Positions 11,532 through 29,156 of a stretch of 64,000 nucleotides of DNA are shown in pieces. The DNA comes from Paraspadella gotoi. Its lineage: Eukaryota > Animalia > Chaetognatha. A program made the position numbers and the translations under genes. The stretch is from the NCBI GenBank assembly GCA_051294375.1, contig CM119268.1, positions 2,478,063 to 2,542,062 of the forward strand, read 5' to 3'. Below the pieces are notes generated by a model, which worked only from the letters and a program-made list of their open reading frames with translations, searched no databases and was not told the DNA's origin. Numbering within the stretch: the first letter of the stretch is position 1; every line of letters starts with the position of its first letter.

Positions 11532-11676
11532 CTCTCTATTCAATCGAGATGGTCTCTCTATTCAATATAGATGGTCTCTCTATTCAATCGAGATGGTCTC
11601 TCTATTCAATCGAGATGGTCTCTCTATTCAATCGAGATGGTCTCTCTATTCAATCGAGATGGTCTCTCTATTCAAT
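11532..11676 (+). repeat. Second array of the 22 bp minisatellite, about 6.5 copies
   Basis: Same unit and orientation as 3228-3390. Confidence 0.95.
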
Positions 11677-12866
11677 TTCTCAGTTTCTCCGTCGCTTCGG
11701 TTCGCGTCTTGCGCGGCAAACTTGATTTACTCGAGACTATTAAACGCAAGTACATTTCTCAGGCGACCGATTATCGCGCCATCATCTTTATTTTTGTGAA
11801 CTTTTCTTGATTTAACTGTCGGTGGCTCACCGTGTGAGGATTTCTCGATTGGTCTTTATTCTTGAGAAGCGCATGAGGGGTTGTACCCTTTTGATAAAAC
11901 ATGCGTACTGTATTTCTCCGCAAAGGCTTGATTTCATTTCATTTTGCTCTTTTTAATTCTTCATCAAGGTTCATCATCAATTATTTGAGCCATTTACTCG
12001 GGCTGTATGTTAAATCCTCGCACCTTTTTTATCTTTTTTAAAAAGATTAACATTTCATTTCATTTCCCAAGGCCAATATTTTCATTCTGTCTTTTCTTTT
12101 TAGACGTTTATTATCGTATTTTCTATTACTGTGAAAGAGTTTCTTCTCTTCACGCCCGTAAACTCAGAAGTCCAATGTGTCGCCCGTCCAAAGAAAAACG
12201 CCAAGAGTTCTTGAAGCAAATTCTTTTATTCTTTATGGCGATTATTTAGTACAATAATAATACTTCTAAAAACCCGTAGAAATTGGCTTTCAGACGGGCC
12301 GACGATTATCTGCTTTGGTCTTTATCAAGAATGACCAAAGAAACCAGTACAAAAAAGGATCAGTGACCATAAAATATCTGGCCTGAAATTAAAAGAATTC
12401 TTAGAGAGAAAAATAGGGAAAGCAATAGCGAGATAACTTTTCTACAATTACAGTAGTTTTTTTTGGGGCCTTATAACATTTTATCCCTGCCCTATATACC
12501 AGAAGGATCTAGTTTTTATAATTTTCTATTTTTTCTTCTCTCTCTCTCTCTCTATATTTTTTGAGGGTCATATTATTCTCTCTCATTTTTAATCAATACC
12601 CAAAATCATTTCATTCTCCTTCTTCATTCTCCTTTTTCATTCTCCTTCTTCATTCTCTTTTTTCATTCTCTTTCTTCATTCTCCTTTTTCATTCTCCTTT
12701 TTCATTCTCTTTCTTCATTCTCCTTCTTTCTGTCATTCCCTTCTTCCCTCATTTATTTCCTCTCACTCTCCCCCCCCCTCCTTCCCCAACTCGGCCTCCT
12801 TTCTTCTCCGCGTTCAATGGCCTTCATCGGGTGACCGCAGCTGCCGGCTTCGCGTTATGGCCTCCC

Positions 12867-12914
<48 letters not shown>

Positions 12915-13025
12915 CGAATGAAAGGAGATCTTTGGACTCGCGATTCTTGATTTCGATTATTTTCGCGTTAAAAGAGAAACTCGTCTTCTCATTTCAGGTT
13001 TGACTGAAGATGAAGAAACATGACG

Positions 13026-13154
13026 ATATAACGCCATACATAACGCCATACATAAAGCCATTCATAACGCCATACATAAAGCCATACATAACGCCATTCA
13101 TAACGCCATACATAACGCCATACATAAAGCCCTACATAACGCCATACATAACGC
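13026..13154 (+). repeat. 12 bp tandem repeat (CATAACGCCATA)n, about 11 copies
   Basis: Directly visible, with variants AAAGCC and ATTC. Confidence 0.9.
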
Positions 13155-13560
13155 GTAATGAAAGACGATACCAAAAACACTTTTCTTTTTCTGAGGCCGA
13201 ATAATGTAACTCGTAGTAACGAAATAATATTAAATTTCTTTAACTAATGCTGTATTTAAAACTTATCTGATTTAAATATTATAGGTATGATAAAGGTTTT
13301 GTCTCATTTGCGTTAGTACGCGTAGACCAGTGGTATGTAATTAGCTAATTTGATATACTAATTTACTATATATATTATATATATATTGACTTTTTTCCTG
13401 GCTCGAGACAATTAATAATCAATCGACTTCGAATCGATAGTCAACTCACTATATCTAGCGGTATTAATTAATTAATTAATTAATTAATTAATTAATTAAT
13501 TAATTAATTAATAATCAATCGACTTTGAATCGATAGTCGACCAAATTCAANNNNNNNNNN

Positions 13561-13822
13561 ATGATGATTTTTTAAGTTTTTTCTCAATTTAAACTTACTT
13601 ATCATCAAAATATTGAAAAAAGAATTATACTTTTTATTAGCTATTTGAATCTGCTTTTAAAAATAAAAAATTCCAAAAAAATTTTTTGACATTTCCTATA
13701 TATAAATAAATATTAAAAAAATAATTACTAATGCTTCTTGCCATTTTAGAAAATTTTGTTCCATTGAAAGTTTTCTCAGAAATGTATGAAGTTTCATTTG
13801 GAAAGGTTCCCAAATCAAACTT
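13561..13822 (-). repeat. Dispersed AT-rich repeat, copy 1 (probable DNA-transposon fragment)
   Basis: Reverse complement aligns by eye with 60717-61000 (gtttgat(t)tgggaacctttc..., ggcaagaagcattagtaatt..., aaaagcagattcaaatag...). Confidence 0.75.
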
Positions 13823-15309
13823 CTGACCCACCCCATTGACAAAGTTTGGCTCTACTATAACAGACATCAAGGACAGGATTTTTAAAGAAAGAAAGAAAGA
13901 AAGAAAGAAGAAAGAGAAAAAGAGAGAAAAAAGAAAGAAAGAAAGAAAGACTGAGAGTATAAACAGACTAAAAGAAAAGGAAACAAAGAAACCAAAGAAA
14001 ACAAATAAACAGAATAATTAATTTAAGCCACAACTTAAAAGACAAACGATTCGAGTTTCTTGTTGTGACGGGGTTTTAACCCGAGGAGAAGAAGCGAAAA
14101 GTGGATTAGTTTAAGATTTCCTCAACTTGGAACAAGAAACTCGAATCGCTTTTTCGCCTCACTTTTCCCGCTTTTTGCANNNNNNNNNNCTTGGAACAAG
14201 AAACTAGAATCGCCTCACTTTTCCCGCTTTTTGCAATAAGCGACGTTATAATTTTTTTTTTCCTATTAATGAAATTGACTCCGAGCCTCTGGAAAATATT
14301 AAATTTCGTCTCATGTCCCTCGACCGAAAATAACGAAAACTGTTTTTTTGGGTGGCTAAATGAAATTGTATTTCCCAATAAAATAAAAACATGATATTTA
14401 TTTTTGCAACATAAAAACACGTTCTCGCGCCCACTGTTAAAGATCGGACTCCCTTAAAAAAATAGAACGGAAAACACAAAACCGATACAGGAAACGGCGC
14501 TTTTGACAGAGAAGGGAAAAAAGAGGGCGGGGGAAACTGCGCAATATTTATGTTGGCGTTGTGGTCAGGCATAGATTTTTCTGGTTGATTTTGAGGATAT
14601 ATATATATATAAATATAAAAGCAAAAAACTATAATATTTCTATAGATAGTTTTTTGTGCGTTTTCAAAGTCGGCTATAAAATCGTTTATATATTATAAAT
14701 ATACAGGATTTTCTTTACATTGACATTGTAAAAACACATTTGATTAATCCAAGAAAATATGTGTCTGAACATCAACTACAATATTATTTCCTTCCCTTCT
14801 TTTCCCGTCTCTGGTATAATGTACTACGTTTGAATGTAGTTTATAATCACTGGGTTGGGAGTCTTCAACTATATATGCACTTTTCCCACCGTCGATCAGA
14901 AAGTTAAGGGGACCCCCCTCGTATCAAAATAAGACTCAACTCAACTCCTGTTCATCAATTCATCTCGCCTATTATTCAACTCTATTTGATCAAATTTTAT
15001 TTCTTTTATGTTCTGTCCTTTCTTATTTAGTTTTCTATCCAACCTAATTTTGTTTATAATTCTCTTTAATCTACCCCTCTTCCCTATCACAAACCTATTT
15101 TATGATCCTAATTTTTCATTCCAACCATTCGTAATTCCCTTAAAATTCATTCCTCTTTTTCTAAATACCAATTGTTTTGATTTTCACCAAATTTCTTTCA
15201 ATGTCACTCAATTCATTCCCTCGAAACCTCACCTACCCTTTCACATCACCCCCACCACCTCACCACCAACCCGTTTTCATCTCACCCTCCCCCCCCACAC
15301 CACCCCCCT

Positions 15310-16131
15310 TCATATACTCCGATCCTCTCTCACAAACTTCCCCGCCTCGAGTTCGTTCGCGGAGATGGTAAGCGCGCCCAAGTCTTTAGGAGCTTCGGTG
15401 AGGGCGTCGGCGACTTCCCTGTCGACGGCGTCGTCGTCGTCGTCTCTGGTCTCCACGACGACGACTTCCTCGGAAATGCTCGTCATCTCCGGAGTTCCGA
15501 GACTCAAACACGAAGAAGTTTTGCCGAAGTGACGCTTGTGCGGCGGCGGCGGACCCGTAGACGCCGCGGCCGACGCCGCGGAGCTCTCCTCCTCCTTCGG
15601 CTCCAAAATCTGCGGCTGCTGCTGCTGCTGCTGTTGCTTCTCGTTCTCCTCGGCCAGCTCCTGCAGCACAATCAGCCAGGCCTCGTGATTCTCCTTCAAG
15701 TGTTTCGTCATGACGCAGTTGACTTTTCTGAAGGCGCCTTCCGACGAAGCGCGCGATCGAGGCTGAGCGTGGAGACTTCTCAATTCTTCCTCGCTTCCTC
15801 CTCCTTCCTCCCCCTCCTCCTCCTTCCTCTCCTCTTCCTCTTCCTCCTCGTCCTCCAACTCGTCGGCCCATTGTCCCGGCAAGAGGCCGTAGGAGGCGCA
15901 AGCGTTGAAGCAAGGGGCGACCAAGTGCTTGATGAAAGAGTCTTGCAGCTTGGCCGTTTGCGGGTGATTGGCGTCCATGTAAGGGGAGACGGGCAAGCCC
16001 AGCCGGGCCTCGTGGGCACCTTGCTCGAAGAACTCCCGGCTGATGCGCTCCGTCCAGCTGACGTGGAGGGAGCGCTCCTTGGCCGGGCCGTTGATGTCCG
16101 CCATCTTGATGAGCATTTCGCTGACGAGCAG
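15310..16131 (-). CDS. PDE3: PDE3 3' exon: end of catalytic domain plus acidic/Q-rich C-terminal tail (5' end in N gap)
   Basis: LIKMADINGPAK..LH..WT.RI..EFFEQG..E..LGLPVSPYMD..PQ.AKLQDSFI.HLVAP..GLLPGQW matches the PDE3 catalytic C-terminus. Confidence 0.95.
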   Translation of the reverse strand: MLVSEMLIKMADINGPAKERSLHVSWTERISREFFEQGAHEARLGLPVSPYMDANHPQTAKLQDSFIKHLVAPCFNACASYGLLPGQWADELEDEEEEEEERKEEEGEEGGGSEEELRSLHAQPRSRASSEGAFRKVNCVMTKHLKENHEAWLIVLQELAEENEKQQQQQQQPQILEPKEEESSAASAAASTGPPPPHKRHFGKTSSCLSLGTPEMTSISEEVVVVETRDDDDDAVDREVADALTEAPKDLGALTISANELEAGKFVREDRSI

Positions 16132-16788
16132 NNNNNNNNNNNNNNNNNNNNNNNNNNNNNNNNNNNNNNNNNNNNNNNNNNNNNNNNNNNAAGCGTGGGG
16201 AGGAGAGAAGATTAAATGGATATAATTAATGAATGAATGAATGATTTAATGAATGAATGATTTAATGAATGAATTAATGAATTTATGAATAAACTAATTA
16301 ATGAATAAATAGTTTAAAAACAATTAGTTAAATTCATTTACTAATAAATAGATAAATATATACATCAATCAAACAATAAAAAAGTTAATAAATCAATCAA
16401 TTATTCATTTAATCAATAAAGAAAGAAAAGAAAAAGAAAGAAAGAAATAAAAATAAAGAAATAAAGAAATAAAAGAATAAAAGAAATAACGAATAAAGAA
16501 ATAAAGAAATTAAGAAATTAAGAAATTAAGAAAATAAATAAAATAAATGAAATACTAAAATAAATGAAATAAATAAAATAATAAAATAAATGAATAAATA
16601 AATAAATAAATAAATAAAAAATAAATAAAATAAATAAATAATAAATAAATAATAATAAATAAATAATAAATACAATAAATAATAAATAAATATAAATAAA
16701 TAAATAATAAATAAATAAGTCAACTAATCAATATCAAATATCTGTCCCTCCCGACAAGCTTACGCCTTCCATCATCCGCCCGAACTCA

Positions 16789-17121
<333 letters not shown>

Positions 17122-18292
17122 TTAAGCCGGTAATGTTCGGTGGAATGAATTTTGTCACTATGGAAACGCGAATGCGGATTAAGGAAAAAAAAATTTGGGG
17201 GAGAGCGAGAGAAGGAAAAAAACAAACAAAAGAAACGAATTTATAAGGAAGTTATTATAGTTAAAACGTCGTCAGACAGTTTTGAATAAAAAACACGATT
17301 TAATTTGTAGACTTAAAATTATTGTCGGATAAAGTTATAACCGAAAACGTTATCAGGCGAACATTTCCCCACCCCCCGCAATTCCTCATTAGACGTTTTA
17401 CATTCAAAGCTATCTTACAAAAAAGGTCACCCGAATATCTCTTCTTTTTTTTTATAGCCTCTTCACTAAACATGAACCGCAGGATCGAATATCGAATCAA
17501 CGGCGAACAAAAGAGCATCGTCGCGTTTCCAGTTTCATAGGGAGTCACGTGACGGGATCAGAAAATAAAAAGCGTCGCCTTTGGCTTTTGTTGCTTTTGT
17601 TGCTTTTGTTGCTTTTGTTGCTTCTGACATCGATATCGATGAAGTAAAAGGAAAAGAGAAAATAAAGGATGAATGAATGAATGATAAATGTTTGAATGAA
17701 CGATAAATGTTTGAATGAATGATAAATGTTTGAATCAATGATAAATGCTTGAATGAATGATAAATGAATATGAAGGAAAAAGGAAGCAACGATTAAATCT
17801 GCGGATCAATCAATACTTAACGGTATTAACCAAACAATCAAGAAATCTAATCAATCAATCAATCATTAATTAATCAATCAATCAATCATTCAATCAATCA
17901 ATCAATTTATCAATTATCATCTAGAAAATTTCTTGAGAACGATCTGACTCTCCTGATCTTTTGGATCCTACAAAGTCGCAATTTTTGGCTCTCTTTTCGT
18001 AAATCGCCCCATTTCTGTTCCTAAATTCCCGAACCTAATGTTTAATATTTAATCTTAATTGGTTATCACTCTTGTAAACTAATTCCTAATCCTAAATCGT
18101 AACCCTAACCTATTCCTCAATCTTAGACCTAAACGCTAATCAGAAATCACTAACCCTAACTCTAATCCTCAACCCGAACCACTATCTTAATCCATAATAT
18201 TAATTTTAAACTTAATCCCGAACCTCATCCCTGACCATATCCATCAACGCTAAACTCTAACCATAAAATTAATAATTTAAAATTTTATTTCA

Positions 18293-18571
<279 letters not shown>

Positions 18572-19816
18572 CTAGTATTTAAACGTTAATTAATTAATTT
18601 TAAGATAATTGTTCATTAATCTATTAATTAAAGGTAAAATGGAAGGTGAATTAGGTTTAAGGCGAATGGATATCGGGACTCGAGTGGTTGCCTTTGTCCC
18701 CTCAGTTAAGTTCTATATAAACTCTATATAAACTCTATATAAACTCTCTATCTAAACGCGGTTTTCACATCACAATAAAACAATATTTAAGTNNNNNNNN
18801 NNNNNNNNNNNNNNNNNNNNNNNNNNNNNNNNNNNNNNNNNNNNNNNNNNNNNNNNNNNNNNNNNNNNNNNNNNNNNNNNNNNNNNNNNNNNNNNNNNNN
18901 NNNNNNNNNNNNNNNNNNNNNNNNNNNNNNNNNNNNNNNNNNNNNNNNNNNNNNNNNNNNNNNNNNNNNNNNNNNNNNNNNNNNNNNNNNNNNTAATTAG
19001 AAAATAATAGGTAATAGTTAATGTTTGCTTTTTAAAAAAAAAATTGGCGAAAAAAAAGACTATGAATTAAGAAAGTAATATGACATGATGGCAACAGCCT
19101 GGTTGCCTGTGAGGCATCTCACTGTTGGCTTTGGGGGCTTCAGACCCTTAGTGACACCTCCAGTCACTGGCGCGGTTACCCTAGGAAGGTCTCGCTNNNN
19201 NNNNNNNNNNNNNNNNNNNNNNNNNNNNNNNNNNNNNNNNNNNNNNNNNNNNNNNNNNNNNNNNNNNNNNNNNNNNNNNNATGTGAATATACCGCCACAA
19301 TATATACATACTTATTAAGAGTAATAATGTCAATATATCGAAAGGCAATGATGTTGATTACCAATGATTTGGCAAGTAATTTTTGTAATCAACGAAGTAA
19401 TAAGGTCAATCGTATAAATTACAGTTTCTGCCCACGCTCAATTTTTTCCCTTTCGATAACACGAAGTAATTGCACTGTAACTCTCNNNNNNNNNNNNNNN
19501 NNNNNNNNNNNNNNNNNNNNNNNNNNNNNNNNNNNNNNNNNNNNNNNNNNNNNNNNNNNNNNNNNNNNNNNNNNNNNNNNNNNNNNNNNNNNNNNNNNNN
19601 NNNNNNNNNNNNNNNNNNNNNNNNNNNNNNNNNNNNNNNNNNNNNNNNNNNNNNNNNNNNNNNNNNNNNNNNNNNNNNNNNNNNNNNNNNNNNNNNNNNN
19701 NNNNNNNNNNNNNNNNNNNNNNNNNNNNNNNNNNNNNNNNNNNNNNNNNNNNNNNNNNNNNNNNNNNNNNGAGAAATGAGATGAGATGAGAATTGAGATC
19801 AGACGAGACGTGACGA

Positions 19817-19995
19817 ATTGAATAGAAATGAATAGAAATGAATAGAAATGAATAGAAATGAATAGAAATGAATAGAAATGAATAGAAATGAATAGAAATG
19901 AATTGAAATGAATTGAAATGAATTGAAATGAATCGAAATGAATTGAAATGAAATGAAATGAAATGAAATGAAATGAGATGGAGTGAAATGAGATG
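19817..19995 (+). repeat. (GAATAGAAAT)n / (GAAAT)n intronic satellite
   Basis: Directly visible. Confidence 0.9.
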
Positions 19996-20123
19996 AGAGA
20001 AGATGAAATGAAATGAGAAAATAAAAATAAGTTTGGATAAAATATAACTTGAAAATATATAGAAACCAAAACTATATTCCTCTTAACCTAGTCAAAGTAT
20101 TCCCGCACTTAGCCTTTCTCTTA

Positions 20124-20360
<237 letters not shown>

Positions 20361-20586
20361 TTAGGAAAAGGAGAAGAAGGGAAAATAAAAGACGTTGATG
20401 CCGTCGATCGAAGACAGTTCGTAGTCTAGTAAAATGATTAGCCCATTGAGGCCACTTTATTGTATTTATTGTAGAAGACAAACCCCTTTTTAGTGGGTCC
20501 CCCCAATTGTTACTCCTAGACTATATATTAGGGCGTTGAAAAATAACGAAATATAACAAATNNNNNNNNNNNNNNNNNNNNNNNNN

Positions 20587-25896
<5,310 letters not shown>

Positions 25897-26844
25897 TATC
25901 ACAAGTGAGTGTACATAGCTATTTTACGTGTAATAAATGTCTGTAGAATTCGATGATGTTATAACGCATGTTTTTGCTTTATAGTCCTCATTCTTCGTTT
26001 GTCGAAAATTGCGATTTTGCAGCATATAAGGCTGCTATTAAAATGGAAGAAACATTGCTAGAGTATAAGAAACTCAAATTATAGATTTTATAAAAAGCCA
26101 TAATGTTTAACTTACATAATATGAGAAAACATAACAGACCATATAAATATTCTTGTAAGCTTTATTTACAGAATTTTATATTTTATTATAGGTTTGTTAG
26201 CTTAAATTATTAATAATATAATAATAAAAAATAAGCTAAAGCTGAAAAAAATTAAAAATTTTTTAAATTTTAAAACCTAGATTTGAATTTTTTACAAAAA
26301 GTTGATTATAAGAAAATAGTAATCCATTTTATTTGAGAAAACAAAGTTTTGGTTTGGTTTGTAAACATACGATTTCTAATTCACAATTGTTGAATAAAAA
26401 ATCGTTGTTTCTACAAACAAAACAAACTTGTGTTTTCTCTAAAATAATTAAAATACAACGAAAAGAAAGGAAATAATATTAAAATCCATTTTAAAAAATT
26501 CTTTCATTAAGTAGGTTAAAATATTAAAAAACTATTATTTTTGTTTATTTTTTAATTTTTTGGGCTTAAAATTATAGTTTTTCTGAATTTTGACCAACTT
26601 TAATGACATAATTTTTGATATAAAAGATATATTTCTTATATCAACTTTTTGCAAAGAATGCAAATCCATGAAAAAAATTTTGAAATTATTTATTTTTAAC
26701 TTTAGCCCAATTTTTTACTCATAATTATTAATAAATATAGTTAACTAACTTTTTATAAAACATAAAATTTTAGAAATAAACTTACCAAAAATATTTTTAT
26801 TAATCTTTATTTTAGATTTCAAAAGCTCATTAAAGTGAAATATA

Positions 26845-27358
26845 TGAGTGAATAAAACGAGACTGTGAAAGAGTCTTGATTGAAAACTTGCAGGGACCTG
26901 CTATGTCATTTATCTTGTAAGAGTGATGGAGGCCTTAAACCACCAAAGCCTGTCCAAAGTCAGTCGGCAAGATAGCTTATTTATTAAATGAATGGATATT
27001 TATATTGGTTGTACCAATTTTCATAAAATTCAGCTCCTTGTATTTTGATGCTAGTGCGAAGTACAATAAGTATTCCCCGATCTAATTAACTTAAGGGAGT
27101 GGTTCTTTTTCATACAATTGAAACATTCTTTGAAATATTTTCCACTTCATTGATAGGGAAGCCAGGTACTCTGGGAGTGAATAAACGAGACTGTGAAAGA
27201 GTCTGATTGAAAACTTGCAGGGACCTGCTATGTCATTATCTTGTAAGAGTGATGGAGGCCGTTAAACGCACCAAAGCCCTGTCCAAAGTCAGGGGCAAGA
27301 ATAGCTTATTTATTAAATGAATGGATAATTTTATATTGGTTTGTACCAATTTCATAAA
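26845..27358 (+). repeat. About 185 bp direct repeat pair inside the hAT-like element (26845-27030 and 27175-27358)
   Basis: gagtgaataaa(a)cgagactgtgaaagagtc...gtaccaatttcataaa occurs twice with a spacer of about 145 bp. Confidence 0.88.
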
Positions 27359-28842
27359 TTTTATAAAAATTTTAATAATTTGATTTATCAATAACTTATA
27401 ATGGTTTTAATAATTTTACTATACATTAAAAACCCTTATTTTCGACAAGAAAGTAAAATTATACAAAAAAATGGTCATCACCATCGAATTCTACAGACTA
27501 CATTACACAAAATAGCTATGTACTCACTTCGATTTGTTATATTTTGTTATTTTTCAACGCTCTACTATATATTGTTTGCCCAAATATTTCCCCAAGGAGA
27601 AACAATATTGTAAAGTACTTTGTTTCGTAACTAGTAGTACAATTCATCTCAACTGCAAATAGGGTCAGTTCGAACCCCTAAGGTCCGAACTTGAGGGGGG
27701 GATGAGGCGACTTACCACCGGTCTTTCTCTCTAAACCCTTCCTCTCTCCTATTTCTCCGAGCCGGTCTATCCACACGGTCACTTTGCCCTAGCTTTGGCA
27801 ATGACCGGACACATCAATAGGGCCGAGAAGAACGAAAGGTCAAGTTGGTCCGGCCGATGATGAAAGTGGATCAGGACTTCGAACCCCAGTCGATTTATCA
27901 TTCCCTTTTCAATAGACCATCAAACCTCTCGATAGTTTTGAATTTTCTATCGAAACAGCAACTGCGTCAAAAACATCTTTTCTCTTAGTCATTCTGGTCC
28001 AAGAATCTGGAGAAATCCCTTTTTTTTATTTGGGTCATCAATTTGCCAGAAACGCGACTTCGACGAACCGATTTTCTCGAGACGCGTTCGCCCGAGGGAC
28101 AGCAATGGGTCGTTTGGGAAATTGCATCAAGAAATGTGGCGACGGCAGAATGAGGGTCTCAAAGGGCAAAGGGGATGGAAGAATCTGAGATTGCGAATTA
28201 TTTCTGGCTGATTTGTATTCAATGAGATTTTATTTTCATGATAATACTACCTCGACAGCAGATGGCTAATTCGTAAAATTAGTAGTGCTTATTTTTATGA
28301 TAACATAGTCCACCGTAGATTTAAAAAAAAGTTATTTAATTTTTCTGCTCATTAACGCGAACCATAATTTGTCCCTAGTACGAATTTCGAAAACCCGAAC
28401 GCCACAATGTTCTTATTTGTGAATTCTACATTAAATTTTACGTGTGTAGTCTTTAATTGACCAATTTTAATAATACAAATGAATTTCATGAATAAATCGA
28501 AGAAATTTATCAAAATCAACGGCTCCAGTGAATTGTATCTCAAGCTCCACGTTTCACATCTCTAAACTCAACCTTGAATCCAAGACCCTGAATCCTAAAC
28601 CCAAAACTCCGCGTCTGAAAAACCCCTCTTTCCCGAGACCTCCCTACTAAAAACTACGCCTCCATAAAATCACCCAAAACTCAGCTTCTTTAAAACTGCG
28701 CCTTTCAAAAACCCTAGCATCCCCGAGACCCATTTACCCCAAAACCCCAGCCTCCCCCAAAACCCTCTCTCCCAAAAACCCCATCCTCCCCGAGACCCCC
28801 TTACCCTCAAAACCCCAGCCTCTCCCCTGCCCCTCTACGAAC

Positions 28843-29156
28843 CTGCGAGAGAATATAATCTCCTGCCTTGTCGGCGACGTCGAAGATGGGCATGTCCCAC
28901 CAATTCATGGTGCCGAGCAGCGGGTCGTCGTTGAGGTCTTCGGGGTTGAAGGAGACGTCGAGGCCGACGGCGGGAGGGTCGTCGACGAGCTCGTGACGAC
29001 GAGGCCGTCGACATTGAGGCGCTTGATCGGACCGGGGCAGTTATCCCCCGGCTCGTCCCAAGTTTTGATTTTCTGAGTTATGGTGACGGGACGAACTGGC
29101 ACGGCGTACTGGTTGACCCATGGGGCGGGAGGAAGGGAGGGGGTTTCCACGGAGTT
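28843..29156 (-). CDS. PDE3: PDE3 exon entering the catalytic domain
   Basis: CAG acceptor and CAG|GT donor (phase 0, fits 20351). The 3' part reads DDPLLGTMNWWDMPIFDVADKAGDYILSQ (PDE W.xPIF motif). There is an apparent 1 bp frameshift near 28992 or an in-frame TAA at 29041-29043. Confidence 0.85.

Noticed and set aside
14118-14240. 50 bp direct repeat across a 10-N gap
   Set aside because: Typical unmerged contig overlap.
15386-16215. Alternative-frame and antisense ORFs overlapping PDE3 exons (also 31654-32844, 31875-32705, 36358-37102, 20049-20429)
   Set aside because: Shadow ORFs of GC-rich coding sequence; the PDE3 frame explains the conservation.
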